DNA of 64,000 nt from Eledone cirrhosa (GCA_964016885.1 OZ024740.1:130386001-130450000); one strand, 5' to 3'; counted from the stretch's first letter, positions 28,993 to 43,139 are shown. Numbers and translations: made by a program. Notes: generated by a model not told the origin, from the sequence alone.

Positions 28993-31900
28993 ATGACCTC
29001 ACTAAGAATAGGCAGAATAAATGCGCGTGACAAGGGGTAGCCATGGAAGCAAGGCCACCTGCTCAACGACCTCAGGTGACTAAACATAGATGTAGTGGCC
29101 ATCAGCGAGACCAGAATCTGCGAAGAACGGGCCTTCGCACCGATCATCAGCGGCTACGATGTGTACGCATCTCGCAGCCGTCCGGGTTCGGGGGGAGAAA
29201 TTGCTGTGCTTTTTCTGAGAGGTTTGGATCTCACCATACGGGACATCTTCCTGGACCCAGAAGGTAAGTTGGTGGTGCAAGACGTGACCAGCGGAGACGG
29301 GAAAGCTTTCAGGCTAGTGCCCGTGTATGTCCCGACAGGAGCAGGGCGGCCTGATTTCTTCCGGCGTCTGGAGACTTTCTTGGAACGTCCCGCTCTTTAG
29401 TGTTAGTGGGCGACTGGAACGGGATCTTAGATGCACGCTGGGACTGTGTGGTTCCAGCGGATAGGGGTGGAGGGTGCAAGAGCCTCATCAACCTGTTCAG
29501 GCCTTTTGAACTGTCTGACAGGTACCGATTGTATTTCACGAATGTGCCAATGTGGACTTGGACAATTCGTATAGGGTCATCCAGATCATTTCTAGATAGA
29601 GTATTTGGTAGGGAAATAGATAGTTCTAGCATAGGCTGTCCACAATTCTTGATAGTCAGCTACACGGACCATAAATTCGTGATCTGTATCCTTGACTTAG
29701 ATAGGCTTCATAGACGAGGACCCGGCTGCTGGAAGCTAAACGCGTCCATAGCAGCGCGCAAGGCCTACAGAGACCGGATTAGCGAACTAGTTAAGCGGGC
29801 GTTGACGGGGGCCATCGTCAACAACAAGTGGTGGTTTGCTCTGAAAAGAGCGATTAGAATAGAGTCCATTAGGTTTAGTAAGACTTTAGCAATAGAGAAA
29901 AATAGAGCAGAGGAAGAATTAGTTAGAAAATTAGAGGAGGCGCTTAGCAAAGGCATCGCGACCGACGTACTTGCGGCGAAATTGGCCCTTGACCAATTCT
30001 TCAATGCAAAGCACGAAGGCTGCTTTGTTTGAGCTAGGGTGCGTGCTCTCAGACACGAGGGGACGAAAGCCGTTCAATGGGCCCGAGTGGCGGAGACGCG
30101 CCGTGGCAACAAATCCACGATCCGGTCTTTGGTGGACCACGACGGGCGCATGCTACACGATCCCGGGCAAATGTGTGAAGCTTTTCAGCGACACTTCGCT
30201 CAACTGTTCGGGGGCAGTGGCGGGCCGGATCGAGGGATGAACTTTAGTGTCTAGCTCGACGGACTGCCGCGGCTTTCGGCCACTGAGGCGGAGTGTTGCT
30301 AAAAGCCGATAACAACCGCTTAAGTACGGGATGCAATGACTAGTTGCACAAGGGGTAAATCGCCTTGTTTGGCGGTCTGCCCTATGAACTTTACGTACAA
30401 ATGCCAAACTTGTTCGGAGGCCTCTTGGCGGACGTCTACTGCAACTGGCAACAGAACGGGAGAATTCCCAGCTCTGCGAGCCGAAGAGCGGTGGCGCTGC
30501 TGAGAAAGGATCCGAACATAGATAATTTTAGGCCCATAACTCTGCTAAACGCTGAGTTCAAGATTTTGGCCAAGGTGCTAACAAAGAGTTTGGCGCTTGT
30601 CGTTGGTGGTCTGGTGGGAGAGGCGCAGACATGCGCCATTCCCGACAGATCCATCCACGACAACCTCCACCTCATGCGATACAACATAGAGAGGGTAGCT
30701 AGGGAACCCGGCACGGGTGGGTCCTTGATCAATTTAGATCAGTCGAAAGCCTTCGATAGGGTCGACCATCGTTACCTAGCGGCAGTCCTGAGGGCGGCTT
30801 GCTTTGGGCCCGTCTTCAGAGGCTGGATCGCTGCCATGCACAGCAACATCTGCTCTGTAGTGAGAGTGAACGGTCACCTTTCGGAACCGTTCAACATCAT
30901 GCCCTCGGTCCGCCAAGGATGTCCCCTCTCGTCCCTATTGTACGTATTGACTATTGAGCCATTACAGAACAAACTGGAGACGTTGAGGGGGATCCCGCGC
31001 GAACTAGGATGCGGAAGATCCGTGTCAGCATATGCCGACGATGTCACCGTAGTGGTGTCGAACGCCAAACACATCGAGGCGATCGGCACTACACTAAGAG
31101 AATACGAAGCGGTGACAGGAGCGATGATCAACCAGGAAAAGTCAGTGGGCCTGCAGCTCGGCACCTGGAGAGGCAGGTCCATGCCGTCCAACAGCGTCGT
31201 CGGGCGCTGGACGGACGGACGGGTTAAATTGCTAGGGGTCTGGTTCGGTCCAGACCTCGAGACGGACAAAAACTGGGACGAGCTGACGAGCAGGGTGGAT
31301 TCTCTCACCCAGAAATGGGCCGAGAGGAAGCTATCCCTGAAAGGTCGAGCAGAGGTGGCTAACGCGTACATCGCGTCCGTCATCTACTACCGCCTGACCG
31401 TCGTAACTTGTCCTAAGTCCCGCCTGACTGCGCTGGAGCGTTTGCTCTTTCGCTTCTTGTGGAAGGGACGCGCTCCGATGGTCAGGCGTTCCATCTGCTG
31501 TCAACACCCGCTACGTGGAGGGCTGGGCATGCCGTGGCTGATGATGCGCAGACACGCGCTCAGGCTACGACATCTCCACCTGTTCCTCGACGGTGATCAG
31601 GTGTGTTCGCCGTTTGCTAGACACGTTTTTCTCCAGCTCGTCTCCTTGACGGAGCTGCAGTACTGGGTCAAGCGAAGACCGAGAGGGAGCGCTTGGAGAC
31701 TGGAATGTCTTCAGGCGCTCACAGCCCTCGACCAATCGGGCAATGTGATCGGTGGAAACTCCACCTTGGCGTTCTATAGGGGATTAGTGGAGGGGAAGAG
31801 CGACGACGTACTTGGAGAAACTCTAGGCGTCGACGAAAATCAACTAGCCAATCTCTTCGGAAGGACTTTCGGGCCGGGGCCTATGGACAACTTCCAAAAA

Positions 31901-32398
31901 TCCCTGGACTGGCAGTGCTACCGGAGTGCTTTGCCAGTTCGGGATAAATTTACAAGCATGGAGGTGCCGTTAACCGGGCATGTCCGAGATGCGCACAGGG
32001 CGACGAAACCGTCCTACACGCACTCGTCCGGTGTCGGAGCATTGCTGACTTGTGGGTTTATGTCAAACACCTGCTGTCACGTGTAGGACGGATCCAGCCT
32101 TCAGCTGAGTCCATCGTGAGGATTGCCCCGCCCTCTTCCTTTAGCCGGGGGGGGGCAGGCAGTTTTTATCTGTCTGGTGGCCATGGCGAAAGAGATAGTA
32201 TGGTGGACACGTTTGAAAGGGCTGAAGACGAGCACTTACCTCTTCGGTGATGCCCTGATTACCTTTTTCAAATTTCATCTGAAAAGGAAAATCAGGGTAG
32301 AGAGGGAAGTGCTCTCTTCCCAGCATTTTGTTGAAAGATGGGTGAGAGAAGCAAGTATGGCCCGAATGAATGGGCCTTCTCTGAGTATGTGTCTGTAA
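28993..32398 (+). pseudogene. LINE ORF2 (AP endonuclease, reverse transcriptase, zinc finger), disrupted
   Basis: AISETR, LVGDWN, YTDHK, WKLN, NFRPITLLN, LDQSKAFDRVDH, RQGCPLS, AYADD, GGLGMP. Confidence 0.95.
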
Positions 32399-32641
32399 AT
32401 TAAATGTGGAAAACTGGGAGAGGCCACTTGCCCTGGTGGTCAGGGCCACTGTGGTCTTTTAATGGGCTTTATCCACAAATGTCCCTCGGAAGTCTCCCTC
32501 CTATTGGGGAATTTTTCTTTGTTATTTTATTTCATCCGCTGTTTTTTTTACACGCAGAAATGCCCATTTGTACCGTCCTGTATTGTCCTGTACTGTCCTT
32601 AATGTCTATTTTATGTAAACCCTTGTGGTTAATAAAGAAAA

Positions 32642-32673
<32 letters not shown>

Positions 32674-32674
<1 letters not shown>

Positions 32675-33886
32675 GCCTGACTGCGCTGGAGCGTTTGCTC
32701 TTTCGCTTTTAGTGGAAGGGACGCGCTCCGATGGTCAGGCGGTCCATCTGTTGTCAACACCCGCTACGTGGAGGGCTGGGCATGCCGTGGCTGATGATGC
32801 GCAGGCACGCGCTCAGGCTACGACATCTCCACCTCTTCCTCGACGGTGATCAGGTGTGGTCGCCGTTTGCTAGACAGGTATTTCCCCAGCTCGTTTCCTT
32901 GACGGAGCTGCAGTCCTGGGTCAAGCGAAGACCGAGAGGGAGCGCCTGGAGACTGGAATGTCTTCAGGCGCTCACAGCCCTCGACCAATCGGGCAATGTG
33001 ATCGGTGGAAACTCAACCTCGGCGTTCTATAGAGGATTAGTGGAGGGGGAAGAGCGACGACGTACTTGGGGAAACTCTAGGCGTCGACGAAAATCAACTA
33101 GCCAATCTCTTCGGAAGAACTTTCGGACGGGGCCTATGGACAACTTACAGAAATCTCTGGCCTGGCAGTGCTACCGAGGAGCCTTGCCAGTTCGGGATAA
33201 ACTCTACAGGCATGGAGGTGCGTCAGCCGGGCATGTCCGAGATGTGCGCAAGGCGACGAAACCCTCCTGCACGCACTCGTCCATTGTCTGAAAATTGCTG
33301 ACTTGTGGGTTTATGTCGAACACCTGCTGTCGCGTTTATGACGGATCCGGCTATCATCTGAGTCCATCGTGAGGATTGCCCCGCCCTCCTCCTTTAGCCG
33401 GGAAGGGCAGGCAGTTTTTATCTGTCTGGTGGCCATGGCGAAAGAGATAGTATGGTGGACACGTTTGAAAGGGATGAAGACGAGCACTTACCTCTTCGGT
33501 GATGCTCTGATTGACTTTTTCAAATTTCATTTGAAAAGGAAAATCAGAGTAGAGAGGGAAGTGCTCTCTTCCCAGCATTTTGTTGAAAGATGGGTGAGAG
33601 AAGCAAGAATGGCCCGAGTGATGAGCATATATCAGTAAATTAAAGGTGGAAAACTGGGAGAGGGCACTTGCCTTGGTGGTCAGGGTCATTGTGGCTTTTT
33701 ACTGGGCTTTCTCCACAAATGTCCCTCCGAAGTCTCCCCCCTATTGGGGAATTTTTCATTGTTATTTTTTGTTACATCCTCTGTTTTTGTTTTTTACACG
33801 CAGAAATGCCCACCTGTACCGTCCTGCATTGTCCTGCACTGTCCTTAATGTCTACTTTATGTAAACCCTTGTGGTTAATAAAGAAA

Positions 33887-33938
<52 letters not shown>

Positions 33939-33940
33939 CA
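32674..33940 (+). mobile_element. 5'-truncated LINE copy 3
   Basis: Similar to 31420-32670; starts directly after the (TTA)n tail of copy 2 and has its own AATAAA and (TTA)n tail. Confidence 0.95.
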
Positions 33941-35048
33941 TTATGTTGTTTTTGTTGTTATTGCTGTTGTTGTCGTTTATGATGTTGTTGCTGATGCTGA
34001 TAATATTCTTATTGTTGTTCCTGTTTTCATTTGTGTTAGTTATTATTGTTTCAGTTGTTGCAGTGGTTGTGAGGTGGTGTGTAATTGTGGTGGTGTTAGT
34101 GGACTTTGTTTTGACTGGTGGTGGTGTTTACTACGGTAGACATTGGTAGTGCTGTAAACTCTTCTTCATTAGCGGGTGTTACACGGTGTTTCACGCTTTG
34201 GTTGGTGTTGCTGCTGTTTACTCTTTCTATTGGAACTGCTGATGATCCTGCTGCTACTGCTGTTTTAATTATTTTGGCTACTACATTTTATTGACAGTCG
34301 GCTGTTCTATCTAGCGGATATTTTTTTTCTGCCGTCTGATTTTAAGAAAATATTTGAGAGGCATATTTGGTAAACAAACACAGGTTTAGCACCTAGGGGA
34401 TACAGAAGGAGAAAACTGACCAGCTCCATAAGACTTTGTTAGCTAATCCATGTAACAGTGTCAAATGTCCAATGTATAATATTGAATAACATTGGAAATT
34501 ATAGCAAACATATGTTTGGCAATCTTTTTACTTCTCCATTTACTTTTGTTGATATTCTTGTAACTGCTGCTGATGATGATGATAATGATGAAGAGGATAA
34601 TATTTGTGGCAATGGTAACACCACATCCGACACCATACACTTGATTTTTTATTCTGTGAGAATCATTTAAGTTCTATCTACATATCAAACCTAAATTCTT
34701 CTAGGTTGCTATTTGTTTCATATTCACTTACTAATTTACATTTGCCCTTATATTTAGCTTTATTGTCATGCTTTTCAATATTCAATTTTTTTTATGTTAA
34801 TGTTTATTTTAATTTTTAAGACTTATTGATAAGAACAAGAATGAAAAAATAAACATAAACATTAGCATTAAAATGAATGAAAACAAGCTTTATTATAGAG
34901 TTTAAGATAGGAACATATATAAATGAAGAGGTTAATATGAATAAATGGATGTATATTCAGATATAATATCAATGTTTCTTTTTTGTCTTTTTTTCTCGCG
35001 GAAACCTGAGCGGTGTACTATAAATATGCTTTGAGGTATATTGAACAA

Positions 35049-35162
35049 GAAGAAGAAGAAGAAGAAGAAGAAGAAGAAGAAGAAGAAGAAGAAGAAGAAG
35101 AAGAAGAAGAAGAAGAAGAAGAAGAAGAAGAAGAAGAAGAAGAAGAAGAAGAAGAAGAAGAA
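35049..35162. repeat. (GAA)n microsatellite
   Basis: Perfect gaa run. Confidence 0.97.
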
Positions 35163-35529
35163 TTGTTCTTTTCATTTTAATTTCTTTCGTTTTGCATATT
35201 GGTTTCTTTCATATTTTGTATTTATTTCATCGACCATTCTCTTGTTTATCTGGCAATCTCCTCTTGCTGCGCACTTTTCAGCACTCTCAGCTAGACGGCC
35301 ATACCTGACCTAGCCCCTTAAATGCAATAGGCTCTGGCCTACTGGACAGGTGAGAGCCACTGTAACCCCCAATATACTACGGTTCATCCTAACTGGGACT
35401 ACACCAATTGCAGGTCTTCTATCAGGCGGATCAAGTCTGGCCTAAAGCAACACCTCCCCACCTCCTCCACTCCACTTCTCAACCCAACAGTGGCGTGTGG
35501 ATCATTCGCTCCCTTGATCATCAACCGGT

Positions 35530-36130
35530 ACATCGCTTGATTATGAGTGCTCTGGCATCGGATTAGCCCTATTCTGTAGCCTAGGCGTGTATGAGCCACA
35601 TAAATGCCGCTGCAAGATGGTTTTTGACAATTTAGGCCTGCACCATAAGTCTCACTGCCAGAGTGCAGGCCGGTTCCTCCGAAATACCGCTCTCAACGAC
35701 ATAGTGAGAAGGAGCCTGGACGGCTGGCTTTCCATCCCAACTGAAGCCAGCAGCCTAGACCACGGAGATGGCAAGCGCCCCGACAGAATAACCCTCTTCC
35801 CATTCGAAAGAGGTAGATACCTCATCCGGTACGCCACCTGTTGTGACGCGTTCTCCGCCACCAATATCGTCGCTTCGGCCAAAAACTCTAGCATCGCGAC
35901 CCGCTCCGCATATGGTAGTAAAATAAACAAATAACAGGGTTCTTTCGGCTGCTTCTTCTTTGCTCCGGTCACCGTCGAAACCTCAGACATACTTGAACTC
36001 CGTACAGCCGTGCTCCTCCGCAAGACCAGAACATCGGCGGCCCGTCTGGAGGAGGAGCCCCACGTGGTTTGTTGGCCGTTGCAGTGGATGTCACTGGCTA
36101 CTGATCGCGGGAATGTTACGTGGGCTTTTC
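35530..36130 (+). mobile_element. CRE-like non-LTR retrotransposon C-terminal restriction-like endonuclease fragment
   Basis: CRC..DNLGLH...C.SAGR..RN.ALND, GKRPD.ITLFPF..GR.L, FAPVTVET. Confidence 0.75.
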
Positions 36131-36661
36131 CGCGGGGCGCAGCCCTTCTTCCGACATGCCCAAGCCCAAGGCCCAAATATCCGCCATTCAACCTTTCCCT
36201 CTCTTCTGCGACACCACAGTTATTGCCATCCCCTCCCGTTCCCATATTTTTTCTTTCTGTTTCTCTTTTTCCTTATATTTTCCTTTTTTCTGTTGTTTCC
36301 TTTTCTTTTTTAATTTTTGTTTTTATTATTTTTGTCATTATTATTGTTGTTATTATCTGTCAAATGTCTAGGCGTACGCTCAAATGTTATATAAGCTTTG
36401 CTAAATCTGGCTTTATCTTAACACCAACACAAGTGTGCCTATTTCTTTTTATTGTCATTTCGGTATTGAATTGTCATATTAGCATCTAGGTATATCATTG
36501 GCTAGTGTATGCTAAATGTAACAAATAAAAGTGTCGGATTCAGATTAGATCCACATTACGAATATTACTATCTTAAACTAGAATATATTTCATTTGTTTT
36601 CTGTTTCGTATGTGATGTTAAGTTCTCCACTTATTATGAAACAAACTATTTAAATAGTAAT

Positions 36662-36849
36662 TATTGTTTCTATTTTAGGCACAAGGCCAGCAATTACCCA
36701 GTACATTACTGGTAATTTATTTTATCGACCCCGTAAGGATGAAAGGCAAAGTTAACCTCGGCGGGATTTAACTCAGAATGACAAGGGCCGTAACTCTATG
36801 CGTCAAAGCATGGCGTCCGACCCTCTACCGATACTGCCAATTCACCGCA
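36662..36849 (-). mobile_element. tRNA-like SINE copy with imperfect TSD (atttaaatar taattat)
   Basis: Family match; duplicated flanks at about 36648 and 36851. Confidence 0.88.
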
Positions 36850-38991
36850 CATTTAAATAATAATTATGCGGAGGGATTATGTGTATTAAGAGTGCTGGTT
36901 CAATTTATGCTTATTGTTACCAACGATTGGAAATGGTTAGGTACTACATTCTTGTATTGCATTTGGTGTGAAGTTCCTGAGCAGTGGGAACTATTTTATG
37001 TTGAGTATTTGTGTTGTCTGATTTGGCTTTGATGTTGGAAGCCTGATTTTAATTACAAACAAGTCGAAATAAAGAGGCATGTTATTCATAACATAGTTAA
37101 AATATTGAGAAAACATTCGATTAGGAATTATTTTTCCGCCGCCTATCTTTTTTAGGGAAAGCCGTGTTATTAAATAGAACTAATTTGGCAGCACACATTT
37201 TTCTCATAATGTTTGCATGAATGGCCATCACCTGCTGATCACCACTGTGTAGAGCTCCAGCTAATGTCCCAGCCACCTTTGCTCTTTCACCAGTGAGCTT
37301 TATGTTAAAGGTGGGATACCAAATAAACGGAATTGGTAGGATAGACCCACACAAATGGATTGCTTATAGTAATGAAGGCCTGTAATGACCCAGCCAGATT
37401 AAACGGAAATGTTGATAACTATATTTTTGCTACCAACCACTGGTATTGGATGGTCATTGATTCTCAAGATTCCACCAACACTTTAACGAATTTCGTTTTT
37501 TATCCTGCAGGATATCCTACTTCCCAATACCTAACAAGGGTTACATACACGCACACACACATACACACACACACGCACACGCACACACACACATTCACAC
37601 ACACAGACACGCGCGCGCACACGCACAGGCATACCCCCCCACACACACACACGCACAAACACAGATATTCTAAATCTATTCTATTATAAGTTGAACCAAC
37701 TTATACAGCTTCATATGCAAAGGGCATCACCACCTCGTTTAGACAGACAAGAAAACTATATGTTTGTCTGTTTATCAAAGTCCAGCAGTTGAAAGTGTGT
37801 GTGTGTGGGGTGGGGCGGGGGGGGGGGGTTCTTGATGAGCACAAGCTAAGTTCAAAATGCATCGACCATTGTACACTTTGCTTCTGTTGGACAACGGTAG
37901 TCTGGGTAGCTGCCGGTTTCTTGTTTTGAATAGCTACGGCTTTCTAAAATGTTATTTATAAGCAAACCGTATTTCTTTAGAAATACGAAATTATGTATAT
38001 ATATATATATAACAAACATTAATTTAAGGATGTCATGGCTGAGAAACATGCGCCGAGAAACATAACCTCTGCAGAATATGCTCAAAGATTCAAATGGGTA
38101 GATCCGAGCAACTATAAGCATGCAATTAGAAATTGATTTACATATATATGTATATATATAAAACATATGAAACAATCACAGGAGATAATTTGTAAAGTGT
38201 GTAAGCACACATAGCTACGTAGGTAACTAATTAAAGTTTAATGAGAACTTCAAATATAGATACCTTTTTAAAATAATTAATCTCCTTTGTATATATTTCA
38301 TTAAATAGCGAAATATATTTCACCATCAATCGCTAATTCACAGTAATCAAAGGAGGACATTTAAATATCTGTGTTTATACAGCAAATGCAAATCTGTAAA
38401 TGACTACCGTTGTAGTTGTTGTATACAGATATTAACTCATCAATCCCATTGTCCTAATGAAACAAATTATTGGACTAATATTCTATTTAGTATAACAAAA
38501 TGATTTCCAGCTCCGGATTTAGAAAATGATGTAAATAAAATAATTAATTTAAAAAATATATATATACACATCATACCAACGTCATCCCAATGGCGTGAAT
38601 ATGAGTATCAACAGCTAGAAATAGAAGCCTAGTCCTTTCAACTGAGTAAGCTCGACAAATAAGGAGCTGTGTATATAACCAAAATTAAATTAAGGATGTC
38701 ATATCTGAGAAAAATGCAGTATAACTTCTGTAGAATAGGCTCAAAGATTCTAATGGATAATCTTCTCCTTTGCTAAAGATCCGTGATTTGACCACTGTGA
38801 TTTACCGATTGATGGTGAAATATATTTCTCTATTTAATGAAACATATATATAGGAGATAAATCATTTTTAAAAGATATCTATATTTGAAGTTCTCGTTTA
38901 AATTGAATTAATTACCTACGTAGCTATGTGTGCTTACACTCTTTACGAATTATCCCCTTTGATTGCTTCATATGTTTATTTTATATATATA

Positions 38992-40284
38992 CAGGGTGGG
39001 GCATAATTCCTGTTACAAAGTTTTAAATCAATTTAAAAATACATAATGTTGCTAATATAACTAATATATTTGTATCAAATCCATGCACTATAACTTTATT
39101 AACTATTTTTCAGAACATTACGCCATTAACAATTTGCAATGTCCATAGAATTGAAAAGAAAGTTCATAATAGAGAAGCATGAAGAAGGCCTGACTCCACC
39201 CGAGATATTTAAACTGGGGAAAATTCTTAAGATCAATAGAATGTTGATGAAAATGACAATCGATCGATTTAAGGAAACTTCCTCAATCAAAGACAGACCT
39301 CAATCCGGACGCCCTCGCACCTGAAGAACACCAATACTCGTTAAACGTGTCAGGGAAAAAATAAGACATAATCCATGAGAAAAATGGCAGAAGAAGCAGA
39401 AACATCGCCGAGAACTATGCGGAGGATATGTGGAGATGATCTGGGGATGTCATCCTATATGTTCCAAAAGAGGCAGCTTCGTTCTGCAGCCAAAATTGAA
39501 AAGAGGCTCTCCAGAAGTAAACTGTTATTGAACCGTATCAAGGATGGCACGCTGCAAAACATAATCTTTACAGATGAGAAGTTATTTACTGTGCACCAGT
39601 CTCACCATCACCAAAATGATGGAGTACTTGCAAAAAGTCTGAAATCAATTCCTTCAAGTGTAGGAAGAGTGTTCAGAACACAGAAACCAGCATCAGTGAT
39701 GGTTTGGGCAGCCATTTCTGAAAGAGGGAAGTCTCTCTGTTTTTTGTGTCTCAAGGAGTTAAAATTAACAAATAAATTTACATGAAGGATATGTTGGAAG
39801 GAGCACTGATGCCATGGTGCACATCTGTTTATGGCGATGACATGTGGACTCTCCAACTAGATGGAGTGACGAACCACACTGCTAGCGTAACACAACAGTG
39901 TTGTAGAGACCATTGTCCTGCGTGGATCAGTAAGGAAGAGTGGCCTCCCACATCACCAGATCTCAACCCTCTCGATTGTTCTTTATGGTCAATTCTTGAG
40001 AATGAATCCTGCTCTACTCCTAGCCAAAATATTGAAACACTAAAATCAAAACTGAATAAAGTATGGGAGAAAATACCCATGGAAACTGTTCGTGCAACCA
40101 TTGAAGACTTTCCTAGAATACTTCGAGGGGTAGTGAGAGCTAGAGGAAAGCATTTCGAATAAATGTGTGTGCAGTTGTTTAATAGCATATTTCTTACTAT
40201 TTGTTGAAGTCAGATCTTGAAATAAATGTTTTTTTCAAGAACTATTTTCATTTTATTTTGTAACAGTTTTTATGCCCCACCCTG
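38992..40284 (+). mobile_element. Tc1/mariner DD37D (maT) DNA transposon
   Basis: TIRs cagggtggggcataa..ctgttacaaa and tttgtaacag..ttatgccccaccctg; TA on both sides. Confidence 0.95.
39139..40162 (+). pseudogene. DD37D transposase, disrupted
   Basis: SGRPRT, IFTDEK, VMVWAAIS, LQLDG...WPPTSPDLNPLD with 37 residues between the 2nd and 3rd D; split into three ORFs. Confidence 0.92.
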
Positions 40285-41174
40285 TATATATGTGTCAATT
40301 GATTCCTAATTGAATGCTTATATATATATATATTCTACAAAACTATCATAATGGTCAGTATATTTCGATAGTAGTCAATTGCTTTGTGATAAAATAAATG
40401 ATAAAGCAATAGGGCATTAATATAGTTTTCATTCTTACAAATAAACACGGGAGTACATGTTGATACAACTTACATCCAATGTTTTAGATTTTCTAATACT
40501 GACAACTTAATAACCTTTATCGAAGCATATTGAAGGGGATGATTTTGTGAAACAAGGAAATAAGCCAACGCTTTCTTCCTGTCACACAACTTCCCATCAT
40601 CTTACCAATTAAATAAGAACACTACTCAGAACAGCTCGAATTGAATTATCAATATATAACACCCAACAGCCACTAAAACAGAAGAAGATAACATTATAAG
40701 CAGGATGGATAAACAAGGAAATCACCCAAAGGAATACCAAACAGATGACAAAAGCAAACCCCATTACTGCGGAGATTTTATTTCATGTATAAAGGCAATA
40801 TTACATTCACCAAAAGTAGGCAGGCAATTTCAGTGAAAACACTCTTAATCTATTGGTATAATAAAGAAAATATAGAATATTAACAGAAATTTCTAGGAAA
40901 TTATTATACCAAGCAGGTGCTTATACTTTGAAGTTCAAGAAGAGAAACTATAATACACACAAAATCTATTAACATATCTCTTATCATACACGTTTCTGCA
41001 ATTACGCAAATGTTTCTGACACGATGACCTCCCCTTCCCGCTTGGTGACGGTGTGAGATTTGTCTTTGTGAGACGGCTGGAATTTCAAATTTGGCGGTCA
41101 CTCTAACACTGACTGGTACAATCGATGTATGTTAATATCAGTAGGTTTTTTTTTTATATCGATATTGTTGGGCA

Positions 41175-41283
41175 TCCACTGATGATTTATAAGTGCCCAC
41201 CTGCATATATTCCTATAGACTATGTGTAGGCTTCTGCATAACCTGGACATTGTAGAACATTTATAATGAAACGATCGTTTGGA
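41175..41283 (+). ncRNA. Hammerhead motif with long loop II
   Basis: tcca-CTGATGA-tttataa...ttataat-GAAAC-GATC-GTT-tgga. Confidence 0.65.
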
Positions 41284-42596
41284 AAGAGGGATGTATTTAT
41301 TTATGTCTCATATAAAATAATACAACTGGCTATCCGCAAAATATATATAGTTAGCACCCCAAACGTTTAAATGGGATTATACTAAGGTATATCCTAATGT
41401 TTGTTGTGTGAGACGGAAGTCGGTCGGAGTATTGCTTAAAGCTTTCTCTGTTAAAGTATTAAATATATATATATATATATAGTAATAATAATAAATTTGA
41501 AGACTAAAATCCAAAGAGGGCTCGATATATATATATATATATATAGTTATTTTATACAAGCAGAAAAACCACCCTGTTGGTGGTTTTTCTGCTACCATCT
41601 GTAGTGTGCATATTTTATATTATATGCAAATATATATGATGCATCAAATGAAATCGTAATTGACAATATACACATATATTTAACGAAGACTGCGTTACAC
41701 TGTGTGTAATCAGTAACGTGATCCATGATATATTAAACAAATACGATATTATATATAAACTGCATTAGGAGAAAGTTAGTGACGGAAATATAGGAATGTT
41801 TATTTAAGCGATCGCTAACCAGAAGTGTTGACATTTGAACATTTTAAAGAAGTAAATCTGAAAATAAGTAATATAATTTTTCATATTTAATATAGAATAA
41901 CGAAATTTAGTAGATAAATTATGTAATATGCATTCATCATTTATTCAATTTAATCCAACAAACGGGAGGATAAAAAATATATATTCTAGATGCAGTCCCG
42001 CACTCCTTTATTTATTATAGTTAAGATTGTTATGTTTGGGATGATGTTGATTAAATATCGCCAGAAAAAATAGTATAACACACTCACTATTTGATTTCGT
42101 TAGGTTTTCGCCTATGTATCTTTTCTTTTTATACTTATATAGATAATTTACCTGACAATCAAATTTTATGATTGATTAATCAACAGTTAGATATACTTAT
42201 TTCGTCACACATATGTGTGACATATTCAGTGATTATAAAGAAGATATCGGGATCTAAAAAGATATACACCAAATTGCTGAACAAATACTTGCTGAATGTG
42301 AATGCTGAAATTTCTGAAAGAGTGGGAACTCATAAGATATAGTTATTAGTACAACGATTTAGATATATTGTATAGAGGACATACAGAGAATAGAATCAGT
42401 TAGAACAATGAAATGGTATTTATTTTATATTAGCAATACACCGAACAGCTCTTTCTAGTTCCGAAGAAACATGATTATCAGAACAATCGACTGGATACAT
42501 AACACGCCAAGCTTGCAAATTTCGTCAATATAGATTCATTGACTGTTGAAGACAGAGGGATGACTAAATATATCAATGTACCATCCGTGAAGCACT

Positions 42597-42669
<73 letters not shown>

Positions 42670-42952
42670 AAGTCCAAAATTAAGATAAATGAATTAAATG
42701 AATTTAATCTAAATCGAAATCATGGGTGTCATGACATAATGCATGCGCCATAAATCCTGAGATTTTAAGCTCAAAGATAAATACATCTGAGTATATTATA
42801 ATAATTAGGGATTGATTAACATATAAAAATAAAAATACATGAATAATCACAGGAGATAATTTAAGCTTGCGTGTAACCGCGCATAGCTAGTTTAGGCAAT
42901 ATTTACCTTTAAGAGTGATTATATATATATATATATATTTATTTATTAAAAT

Positions 42953-43139
42953 AACTGTTTCTACTTTAGGCACAAGGCCAGCAATTACCAGTGCATTACT
43001 GGTACTTTATTTTATCGACCCCGTAAGGATGAAAGGCAAAGTCAACCTCGGCGGGATTTGAACTCAGATGGTAAAGGGATGTAACTATGCTGGAAAGCAT
43101 GGCGTCCGACCCTCTACCGATACTGCCAATCCACCGCCC
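42953..43139 (-). mobile_element. tRNA-like SINE with 19-bp TSD atttatttattaaaataac
   Basis: TSD at 42937-42955 and 43140-43158. Confidence 0.92.

Larger units (their letters stand above)
26779..32673 (+). mobile_element. L1/Tx1-type LINE copy 2, near full length but with stops and frameshifts
   Basis: ORF1 with zinc knuckle, ORF2 with APE, RT and zinc finger, AATAAA at 32631 and (TTA)n tail. Confidence 0.95.
38000..40322. mobile_element. Foldback/tandem element family G interrupted by the maT transposon
   Basis: 38110-38350 is inverted relative to 38793-38991 plus 40285-40320; 38005-38100 is repeated at 38672-38760; relatives at 42830-42910 and 62395-62600. Confidence 0.7.

Noticed and set aside
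37121-37540. Possible host exon or coding remnant
   Set aside because: Short frames broken by stops, with no recognisable motif
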